A DNA stretch of 61,014 bases, counting the filler, from Sphacelaria rigidula (lineage: Eukaryota), in assembly GCA_964200075.2 (NCBI GenBank). It is 6 parts of 6 records of this genome, joined end to end, with 100 filler letters (N's around TTAATTAATTAA, not from the genome) between each part and the next. Parts side by side here need not be neighbours in the genome. Positions count along the whole stretch, not along the records: positions 1 to 10,086 come from CAXNAA020007175.1; positions 10,187 to 20,272 come from CAXNAA020007176.1; 4 more parts are not named here. One strand, 5' to 3'. Under the pieces are notes generated by a model. It had not been told where the DNA came from. It ran no database searches and was given only the letters and a program-made list of their open reading frames with translations. Below, one piece after another: positions 1 through 10,873 of the stretch; the first letter of the stretch is position 1; every line of letters starts with the position of its first letter. A program made the position numbers and the translations under genes.

Positions 1-2452
1 CTCCAATGAGTTGCTTTATTTTCTGGTATCGCCACTTCCAGAGACAGCCACGTCTTACACACTTCATGTACACTACGTAGTACGATCATCGCCATTGTGC
101 GGAGTCGAGGTTCACCAACGCCGCACAACATCATCTAGCTCGACTACCATAATGGTTATCGCAAAAAAACGCAAGCGCGTGAAAACCAATGGTAACCTGA
201 TTGCCTAGCTTTCGCAGTGAGTGGCGTGTTTAATAGCGCCATCGCCAACCGACGCCAACCCCATCGGGGGTCCGCCCCTCCCAAGCCGGGACGGAGCACG
301 CCGGGTTCTCGCCGGACCAGGCTGGCGAGAGTCCAAGGGGGTGAAGTCGGTAAGGGCAACTTGCGGATGCGGGCAAAACGATTAGGATAAATATTGCAGC
401 CTCAGGAGGATCCTCTTTTGGAACCTTCATACTGAAGTCCGAAAGTGCCACTTCAGTGTTGAGGATAGGAAAGAACGTAGACCGCAAACACTACCATCAG
501 CACTAGTTAACCGACATACTCATAACAGGAGCAATGCGGGACATCAATCACAACTTCCATCTCATCACCATAGCCCAGTCACAAAGTAGCAAAGTTCGAC
601 ATCGCAGACAGGCAACTTTCCTACCCTTCTGCAGGGATGTCACCATGTTGTGCTCACTTCGCTGCGTGAAAATGACAAGCTCGTTGGGCAGAACGTATTG
701 CCTCGGGTACAGCTCCTCACCACTGACATCCTTGTGCGCAGCTGGCAGGCGACAAGGTGAACGATTCCTTGTGTACCGCACAGAAGAGCTGCAATGCCGT
801 TAGAGGTCGTTACCGTACGGCTGTGTATGTTCTTCAGGTACAACCTTTCACATGTACTTTACTGTATGTACCACTGTACCTTGTAAGCGTACCGTACCGC
901 ACTGGTTTGCGCTGTCTGTGGTATGCTGTGCTGTACTGTGCTGTACAAAACTGCAGTGAACCACATGTTCCTCTTAACGATCAAGTCACGTCTTTCAGCT
1001 TCCATCCTCAAGGTTTTCAAAGCTACCATCCAGAGAGTTTTGCGTTGTGAGGCCAACTCTAACGGGAGGCGTTCAAAGTTTCATTCTTCAATTATTTCAT
1101 CGCTGCTTTTTGACTGCCGCAATTCTGAACGGGGACAAAAAAACGCACTTTTATGGCATAAAAATGGGATTGAACATATATGCTTAAGTTGGCGTGAGAG
1201 AGCCGTCTGTGTGTGCTGCAGTACAGTAAAACATGACGTGACCCATTTTACTTCTTGTGCCAAATATTAATACCGGTCCTTAATCGTTTTGAATCGTCTC
1301 CCGATTTTGAGGGCTTGGTCAACATTTAGGGTATGTGCAGGGTTTTTGGGGTCACCTGTGTTCAAAATCATCACGATTTGTTCGATAAAAGTGGTTCTTG
1401 TTCACCACCCATTGGACATTTCCGAAAAATATCATTTGAACGGCTCTTAAAAGAGTCGATCTGAGGCTGTGTCGCATCAAATTCGTGCTCGACCGAAAAC
1501 GTGAGACGGGCAAGACAGATTCGAGCTGATAGGTCGTGAGTTATGTCCGCATCATTTATGTTGAAATGGCCATATATCAAATCGGACTTTCTCTTTTCTC
1601 ACGCACTTTCCCGACCGAAAACTGATTTGATGAGACACGACCTGAAGGCCGCTTCAAATGGCGCAAACAAAAACAAAAAACAGAAACAGCCATGAGATGA
1701 AAAGTCCGACTCATTTCGATTGGTCGAAATTCCAACATGAGGAGCCCTAAGTTGTTCGTGATAGCGCTTTCCTTTCTTTTCAGTCATTGTTTATTCATGG
1801 CTTCTTATCATGCCGGGAGTGCAGTTTTCGGCCCTTCCGCGACGGTTTTCTCCCTGCTGGCGGTGTTCCCAGATCCCTATCCCCCGAGAAACATACATGC
1901 GTTCGTTGAGAGGAATACAGGTCGATTATTTTCTCTGCTTCCTGGCGTGTGGTGTTTCATATACGGCCGACAGTCACATTTCCAATTTTCTAACCACAGC
2001 AGACGCTTTGTAAGAGTCATCGGGAATGCGAATGTTGGTCCAAGATAAAAGCCCACTTCCTAGCAACGAGAAAAAGATTCGACTTTCTCTCAGAGAACAC
2101 AGAAACGGTTCTTAGGAAAACGGGATTCGAAGACACCACTCCCGGGAAGGAACAACGACGCGAAAGGGCCAAAATGATGCAATTTTCGATCAATAATATT
2201 TCCGACAGCGTAAGAAACGGCCTAGTCAAGGGCTACATGGAAATTCTGAAATGAAGGGACGATAACGATGGTTAGTGGTCCCATCGCGGTAGTGTACCCG
2301 AAACGTCTAGCGGCGTGATGCATCAAATGCAATCAGCAAGCAAGCAAGCAAGGAAGCAAGTAAGCGCTGCCTGCGCATGAGCCATGGCGACCTAGCTTGT
2401 AGAAGATAACCGGCTTCACTGCCAACTCTGCCTCGGGGCACAATGCACATTC

Positions 2453-2847
2453 AACAGTGGATTCTCGAAAATGGGGTTGAAAAAAATGAGGTTCGACTTC
2501 ACAGCCGTGCTTTCCCTGATCTAATTTCATGACAAATGACTTTCATACGGACAATTCCATCCCTCCTGATCTGCCTAACTTCTTCGGGGGGTTTCTAGTT
2601 TTCTGTTCCCTCAAAGAGTATGTGCGGGGTGAAAAAAAGGACGTAATTTGGCCCAAAAGTCGTGCTTCCGCACATACCCTTTGAGGGAACGGAAAGCTAG
2701 AGACTCCCCGAAATAGTTTTGGGCAGGTCGGGAAGGATGGGGTTGTCCATGTAAATAGCCATTTATCATGACTTTAGGTCAGGGAAAGCACGGCTTTTGA
2801 GTTGAACCTCATTAATGTTTCAACCCCATTTTCGAAAATCCACCGTT
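2453..2847. mobile_element. Palindromic MITE with ~175-bp imperfect inverted arms
   Basis: 2453-2629 (AACAGTGGATTCTCGAAAATGGGGTTGAAAA...CCCTCAAAGAGTATGTGCGG) is the reverse complement of 2667-2847 (CCGCACATACCCTTTGAGGG...TTCAACCCCATTTTCGAAAATCCACCGTT). The same terminus recurs at 20373-20423. Confidence 0.85.
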
Positions 2848-3799
2848 ACTTCGCGTTGCCTTGAAGTTGGGATGCGACACGAGGGCGTGGGAATTTCGGC
2901 GTCGGGATACTCGCGGGTTGCACCACACCATTGCGGTTCATTGTGATCCTTCGAAGTGTTTTTCATTGCTCCATTTTTACCGTCTGTGCACCGACCTCGT
3001 TTCCCCCAAAAACAGAGAGATCGACGCGCTTTTTTCGCTCTTGAACCCGGTTCTGCTGTTCTTCTTCATACCGGCCCTGATCGTAAAGAACGAAAAATAA
3101 CCTCCTGAAACTCTTTGGTCATTACAACCGGCCAACTTTTGCTACTGTGATACAATCCGAGGCGTAGAGGGTGGTAAAAAAAAGCCTAGTACAAATTCGC
3201 ACGGTAAAAGTTCCCGACTGATCAACGCCTGCCACGGATGAGGGTACCCGTGCTACAGGGAATAACATAGCTTGTGCTCCGGCGCAACGCAATGCTAACC
3301 AGACATGTGTCGGGCCCATTCTTATCGCGATGGACGTTTATGCCGATAGGCCGATAGAGCGGCCGAAACGACAAACGAAAATTGTATCAATTGCTATCGC
3401 GAAGGTGGTGTATTCTTGCTTCAATACAAGACGGTTTTGACCAGCCGGACACACACAATTGTACAGGCCGTCTGTGGAGACAAGAGTAGCCCCGTATGTT
3501 TCGAATCGTTTCACTTAAAATCCAGGGCACACGGTCAACAATATCAGTTTCCACGTACTACTGTACTGTACTGTATACTCTGCTGTGCTCGTGCTGCACT
3601 CAGAGATTTCAAAAGGCCTGACACGCTTCCGCTGATCAGCCATGGCCTTGGCGGGACCTCGGGCACTGCCCCGACCAGTCTCCCGTGTGGCCTGAGGGTG
3701 AGGTACCTATAACAGCGCGCGTGACCGATGCCTTCCCGGACTATTGACCAATCGGCGTAAAGGTCCCCCAAAAGCACGTTCGGTATAGATGAATCTCGT

Positions 3800-4566
3800 C
3801 CTTTTTCAGCGCAATTCATTTTGGCCAAGAATCACTTATGCTGGTCGTCATGAAACAGCATTCCCATTCTTTTCGAAAGGGCCCATCTGCCGTTGTTTTG
3901 ACCGATAGGCAGGAAAAAAATATGGTTCGATACGATAGGACCATTCTTATCGAGCCACAAAATAATGTTCATCAGCATTTTTACGTCAGTTTTTCATCTT
4001 TGTTATATCAATCAGGCCGCCTCTCTTTGGAAAAAAAAGATGGCTGTAAAAATGTTTTTATGGTCCTTCTTCGTCGTTTTACGCCCTAAAAGAGAGCTAG
4101 ACGGAGTTTGACATCTAGGAATGACTTGCTCTACGAGACGGTTCAAGGATACGTTCGCGTTATCGGGTGGCCGCAGTTTTCATTTTGGCCAAACTTGCGT
4201 TTTCGCTCAAGAACGGTCATAAACGGTAATATTTATATTAAAAAAAAACTGCCATGTTCTTCTGGACTTGACCGTCTTTGAACGAAAGCTTGGCCAAAAT
4301 AAAACCTGCGGCAATCGGAAAACGCGAAAACGTACGGGAACCGTCTCAACGAGTAGCGCAAGTCATTCCAAGGTGTCAAACTCCGCTAGCTCAGTTAGAA
4401 CGTAAATCGATGAAGAAGGATAACAACAAAAAAGGATGTTTTTGCTTGCCATAAGAAGCGACCTCACCTGAAAAATGACCTATCAGCATAAGGAATCTCA
4501 ATCTTTTCTCGGCCAAGGTTCATTATGCCGACCGGGACAAAAATGCGGCTCGATAAATATGGGCCT
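3800..4566. mobile_element. Diverged foldback (hairpin) element centred near 4240
   Basis: GAGCTAGACGGAGTTTGACATCTAGGAATGACTTGC (~4094) is inverted to GCAAGTCATTCCAAGGTGTCAAACTCCGCTAGCTC (~4358), with further paired blocks outward. The motif recurs at ~23288 and ~28327. Confidence 0.7.
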
Positions 4567-5939
4567 TAGCAGGGGCTGCGGGGTGGTGTGTTCGCGGTCG
4601 CCAGCTATTCAGTGTTGTTCCCTCGGGCGTTTTTTTTTTGTTCATGAAAGTTGGGCGTTCAAACATGCCGCACCCGGTTATGATGCCGCTGAACGTCCAG
4701 TATGTGTTGCTTGATGCCGCCGCCGGTCGTTGTTGAGGCAACAGCATCGGTGACTCAAGGCGTGTCGTAGGCTGCGTGAGTTGAACGTATAATAATACTC
4801 CTCGTGCAGGAGCTCGATCGGAGCCTTTTCAGCGTCTAATACGTAGTAGTTTGAGAGAGTACGATGCCCAACCGGCGTGGAGGCAGCGGGAAATCTTTCG
4901 AACATATTGTTCAACTCAATCCGCTCATCGATCGACGATCACCAATGAAAAATAAAACAAGCACCATTAAGGCTCACCCACTCATATTCGTGGGATTGTT
5001 GTCGTGAACATCCCTACGCCGCCTCCCGCACGACCTCGCCGTGAAGCCGAGTCGGCGCGAACTATATTCTCTGTCAAGGATCAAGGTGAATCCGTTCGCG
5101 AAGGGGGCAACGTCCACTCACGGACACTACAAGTGCATGCCCGGTTGACCTCACGACAGACTGACCACAACGAAGACGGTTGTTGCTTCCACCAAAATCA
5201 GCACGGAAATCTACAAATGTCGGCTCCTACGGTGCCGATCACACCGAACGTAAGTAAATAATTAAAGATTGTTAGAAGATGAGTGGTTGGCATATTGGGG
5301 ATGGATGATTTCTTTTTGGGAAACGGGAAGACAACATGGATCGGAAAATAGTTTAATAACTCGGCACATTTCGCAATCAGACCAGCGACCCTTCGCAGAA
5401 TAGGAGCGTACGTATGTTATTTTGTCGACCCCAGTGATATCGGTTACCGTCCGCGATCGAGCGGCCTGTGTAGTTGTTGAGGACGGTTTGACCGTCCGGA
5501 TGAAGCAATTGAGACCGGATGCGACCTCCTTGGCGTCCTCAGCGCCGCAGGCTGGGAACACTAAGGAAGACGGAAGTATGATCCCGTCGATCCATTCTTG
5601 GAGGTCCCCTCCGATCGGAACACCGTTCTCAACCACTATTCTGTACTCGGGACGTTGATGAAAATCAGTGGGGCCGACATATAACGTGCAGCATAGTTGA
5701 TGCTGTGTTGTGGGCGCCAAAAATATGTTAGCGAAGGGGTTTCGTGTTGGCGAGGCAGTTTGACATGTCGGTTCGTCCGCGGATATTGATAGGAGATTAC
5801 GGGGCACTTGTCGGGATATTGAGATGACATTGCGCCGAAACGACGAGGTATGCCGATAGATTTTGACGGAGGTTGTCGACGAACTTTGCCGAATTTAGCC
5901 GATGAGATTGTGCGGTAGTAATATACTAATAATAACGTG

Positions 5940-6560
5940 CGGGAAGTGGTAGTCGGGAAAATATACGATTTCACCGTCAAGGACGTCGGGTGTTCGTGAA
6001 ATTCAAAAGTGGTAAATCTTACATTTTCAACGAATCAGAATATAAATTTTACAATTTCGCCAATTCGCCGATCACACAGAACGAACAGCAGCAGAGGTGG
6101 TCGGGAAAAATCTGCCCGAAAAAGTTAACGTACCAAGTTATGACTTTTACGGTTTCACCGATCACACCGAACGACCGGCAGCGGTAGTCGGGTAATATCT
6201 GCCGGAAATAAGAGGGAAGATTCACCAATCCGCCGTGGAAAATTCACCAATTCGCCGATGAGGACGTTGGGTATCGGTGAAATTCAACGTATCAAAATCT
6301 ACACCACCAAAGAGGTAAATCTTACGTTAAGATGTCAAATTATGACTTTTACAATTTCGCCGATCACACCGAAAGTACCGGCAGCGGTAGTCGGGTAGTA
6401 TTTGCCGGAAATAAGAGAGAAAAACTACCCATTCGCCGTCGAGGACGTCGGATGTTTGTGAAATTCGACGTATCAAAACCTGAAACATAAAATATGTAAA
6501 TCTTACGGTTAAATCTGCCGGGTAAAATAATGGTAGATTCGCCGATTTGCACGATGAGTA
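5940..6560. repeat. Degenerate ~180-200-bp tandem repeat
   Basis: CCGATCACACCGAA-like motifs at 6068, 6158 and 6361; GCGGTAGTCGGGTA at 6181 and 6385; AGGACGT-GG...GTGAAATTC at 5980, 6261 and 6442. Confidence 0.7.
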
Positions 6561-6609
6561 CGAGCGGGGAAGAAGTAGACATCGCTATACCCTTGGAATG
6601 GTGATAGAG

Positions 6610-7063
6610 GCGCAGAGCGTTGAGGTATGACAAAATAACGTTGGCGGTGGGAGATGGCCGTAGGGAAGTATGGCCCAAGGCGGCGGACAGGCGACACGTG
6701 ACGAAGAAGCTAGGAGGGCGATACAGTATGTGCTCATATTGTCTACCTTACTACCTTCGGGTCCCACCCTGGAAAGATCAGTGCATAAGCTCTGTGACCT
6801 CTGAAGGTGCATGGTACGAGGTATGACGTCGCTGCGAGTGGGCGAGGTTTTGACGTACGTCTGAGAAACGCCAGTAGGATATTTTGAAACACCAATTACA
6901 TTTAAAAACACATTTTTTAGGACGAGGGGACAACAATGTATTGAGCGTTCAGCAATGTGCCTGAGTTTGTCATTTTTCCCTTGCATTCTGTCTTTTTGCC
7001 ATGGGTTTGTGACCACGGGCGCTAGATTTCTGGAAAAGGGCTTACGCAATGAACGACAACAAC
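6610..7063 (+). mobile_element. Degenerate LINE-like 3' fragment
   Basis: Shares its 3' segment and AAC tail with 29090-29160. The 5' boundary is approximate. Confidence 0.5.
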
Positions 7064-8869
7064 CCGGATGAGCTTTTGCGGCGTTCTTACACCCTCTGAC
7101 TTGATCAAGTGCGACAGAGGGTAATTTGTACAAGTCTACTGTGCTAAAAACGAAGGACAGCTGTGGACACATAGTTGAGGATTTGGGCGTGCTTTACAGT
7201 ACTAATTGTACTGCGGTTCGACTAGAGCTATTTGCGTAAAAACAAGCCTCTGTGCCATTGAAATGGAACACGGCTGTATTGTTGTCAGCAGAGACACATC
7301 ATTTCGTAAAAACGTAGTGGGCCTATTCGCTCGAGTACATTGCAGGTGAAGTAGGGTGGTTGAGGGTGCGTGCAAGGACGGCCAGTGTCGAAGGCCTAGG
7401 GCTACCCTTCCTCCCAATCCGCCTGGCGCGGGAACCACGACAGCAGCTGACGTGACTGACGAGGTTCAACTGCAGCAGAGGCCTTCAACAGCTCCATTCT
7501 CAGCAGACCAAACTGCGATAAAAAACAGTAGTAGTGCTATATGCTGCTGGTGGCGGATGCAGTCAGTATCGCGCCTCCTGATAATTTTTCCTATGCACCG
7601 AGACGCCTTCGCGTGAGATGCTGGATGATGACAAATCCCATGATTCAGCGCCAAGGTTCGGCACAAAGAAATACGGGGAGTTTGAAGAGTGGTACCTGTG
7701 TACAGCAGTATATACAAGCTGGGCCAGCCTAGCAGCGGATCTGCAAGTTGCAGATCTATCTTCATCTCAAGTTTGAGAGTTACATCTCGCACTTGGTGTC
7801 GAGAACCAACAAGGCATGGTAGAAACAAGCTTCGGGACGTTGAGATTTGTCCTCTTCATAGCGTTGAGGCATTTCATTTTCTCCACTAAAACGCCAGTAA
7901 GTCATTAATAAAAAAAGCTAAATGTCCCAACACTCTTTTGCTTATCATGACCTGCGCTTTCTTCGTTTCCAATTGGAAGGTCCAATACTCAAAATTGGGG
8001 TGAGACTGAGCGAATGACAGCCGGGTCGGACGGGATTCGGAGCAGATTTTTGCATGTCATTTATCTGTCCAGTATTGGCACTTTCACTTTGATGATCTTT
8101 CATATGAAGGATCGCTAAGGGATAAAAAATATATATCGTGAGCATGTTTTATTTTATTTCCCACAAGTGGAGGACTGAAAATCCAACGGGACAGTTCGAC
8201 TTGGTAATTATCAATGAGATCGTTCCATTCTGTGCACTTCTGAGATGTTCGATGTGACCGTGGTGCACTTACTCGCAGTGCACCGTTTAAAGCCGGAGCG
8301 AAGCAATTGTCACGATATCGTGATGGGTTAAACACACGACGGACTCGAGTAGGGCGCTGCATCGCCGTGCTTTTATGATACATTCAGATGTCACCCGCCT
8401 GTGTACAGCTCCATTTGAACTTTCTCTCTCCGAATCTCAGCCCGAAGCCCCAATTATAGAGCTTACAATATTTAGCCGCGGAGTTGTTCTGGCTCCACTG
8501 AACACTGGCTACGGTACTGGTCCCCAGACCGTTCCTGTTGCTACCATGTACTGAGCCGTACTGGCTCCTACCAGGCTGGTTGACTACATCCCCGAGAACC
8601 CGCATGTGAGATCTATGGCCAATGCATAATCTGCACACATTCTACATGAAAAACTACTTGGAGAGTAGTCTAGAACCTAGTGTTCATACGGTCTAATCTC
8701 TTGGCCAATCACGCCCGGACTCGATGTTCCAATACACTACAGACAGATCATAGTGCCCCCACGCACAGCACTAGCTCAACAGAGATCTGAGGCAGCAGTC
8801 AGCTCCTTGTTCGTTTTACGGAGAACGAAACAGCCAACACACCATGAGGTTTTCAAAAGGCAGTGTGTA

Positions 8870-9150
8870 AAAAACACTGCGTGCCGAATAACATTGTTTG
8901 TACAAACGAACACAACGACAATATCGCAGCTCAGGCCATCTCAGCGAAGATCAAATCGTCTCCGCAATGTCTAAATATAAAACAGTACAGTGACAGCTTC
9001 AGCACATGAGAGAGGGCGTGAGTGTGTTTGTGCTGCAGTACAGTAAAACAGGACATGTCCCATGTTCTATTCCTTCGCCTGATTTTGAACGAGTCCTCAG
9101 CATTTGGCCAGATGCCTATTTTGAACGCTCGACCATAGTCGCACTTCTTC
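8870..9150. repeat. Dispersed repeat family, with other copies at ~1190-1310, ~36980-37120 and ~55365-55640
   Basis: Shared blocks CGTCTTCGCAAGGTCT and GTGTGTTTGTGCTGCAGTACAGT-AAACAGGACATGTCCCATG occur on three different scaffolds. Confidence 0.7.
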
Positions 9151-10086
9151 TTCACGTTGAGTTACCCCTTTTTGTGTGTAGGAGGCATGCCTCGTCTTGT
9201 GGGCTACGCGCGCTATTTTCACTACGTGAATTCTGTCCAAGTACCCCAGAATTTGCCGTTTTAGTGACACTAGGACAATGTTTTCACGATAAACTCCTTG
9301 ACTCACTAGAACAAAAAAGAAGGCTCACTTTCGTTTTGTTCGCAGTAGGCCTTGCGATTCTCCATAGTCTATTTCAATCTCGGATGTAAAAATGATTTGA
9401 CACACTGAGTGAAGGGTCTAAAACAGCGCCCAATTTTCACGAAAACGTCAACTGAAGATGAAAAAACGTCCTGCACGACATGTTTTCATTTTGCCTTTGC
9501 GATACTCTCTTCCAAAAATTGAAAGAACAACTCTCGAAATTGAGACGCGAAATCCAGATCCATTGCATTTAGTCTCTGCTTGTAATATATCAGGTTCAGT
9601 ATGGAATCTTATGTGCGCCAGATCTTTAGATGGAAAACGAATCAGGCGAAGGTGACGGGATCAGTTGCTTCCCGTGCCCCAGGGAATGTTAACCCTTTTT
9701 GGACCGACCCCCAACTAACACGGGGTTGACCACGTGGTAGTAAAATAATGGAAAAATAAGTAAAGGAGCGACATGCGCAATCACGGCCAGGCGAAATTTA
9801 TCGACCAGACCCGTACGACCAGCGCGGGGATTGTTACCGAATTTGGTGTTACTGCCAAGATCGTACGGGAGCCCTGTCCCTGGCACAGATGAAACGCTTT
9901 CCCAGGTATGCGAAGGCCGGATGCTCGGGGAACGATTTATCGTTTCACTTGCATTCAGTATAGCGCTCCCGTGATTTCCCGGATGTTTCTTGGGGTCGCC
10001 AGCCTATACGAAAACGTGGTACTTAGGCCGGATGTTATGGCACACAGATTTTTGGCCCACGGATTGTTCATTTTTGGGACGTTTGA

Positions 10087-10186
10087 NNNNNNNNNNNNNN
10101 NNNNNNNNNNNNNNNNNNNNNNNNNNNNNNTTAATTAATTAANNNNNNNNNNNNNNNNNNNNNNNNNNNNNNNNNNNNNNNNNNNN
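10087..10186. other. Artificial scaffold linker N44-TTAATTAATTAA-N44
   Basis: Identical 100-bp spacer with stops in all six frames, recurring every ~10.19 kb. Confidence 0.98.
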
Positions 10187-10756
10187 GAACCACAGGAGAG
10201 TGCCGAATAAGAAAAGTATGGGCCTTCCATTTTTTTTTTTCATGGAGGTTAGGGCGTTCTCGTGAAATATGGTCTTTACCATAGTAGAACACTCTAAACC
10301 AGTGAGAAAAATTGAAAAAAATCAACCTGACCCACTTTGATTTGTCAATTATGCCTCAAAGAGCGCCCACACAATATTTCAATACACAAACACCAAACGT
10401 GGGCCGGTAAATGGCCTGCAAAATACTATTCCGAATTTCTTCTGACCCTGTCACTAAACGGCCCATTATACGGCAAATACCTGGAGTTTGACCCTGAAAA
10501 TTGGTATGAACAATGAGAAGGGCATATACAAAAATTACTGGCGTACACAAGTTTTTTTTCATGAGTTAAGGGCAATAATCAGTGTTCAGATATCGGTAAA
10601 ATGCCTCGAACTCATGAAAAAAAAACTTGTGTATGCCAGTAACCTTTTATTATGCCCTACTCATTGTCCATACCAAATTTCAGGGTCCAACTCCAAGTAT
10701 TGGCCGTATAATGGGCCTGCAAACTGCAGAATCGCTTCTCGGCTGGCCCAGGTCGT
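10187..10756. mobile_element. Truncated copy of the 14490-15342 TIR element at a scaffold edge
   Basis: Collinear similarity to 14769-15342, including the internal hairpin and the GGCTGGCCCAG terminus. Confidence 0.75.
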
Positions 10757-10873
10757 AGTGTTTCCCCTTTTTCACCTTGGGCACGTATATACAATGAGTC
10801 ATGACTGGTCACGGCTGGATCCCACAGGGATCGATTAACGAAGTCAATCGCAACGTCTTATTCTTCAACACAC

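Noticed and set aside
10131..10142. Periodic TTAATTAATTAA motif as a biological site
   Set aside because: It is always embedded in 44-N flanks and is an artificial six-frame-stop linker.
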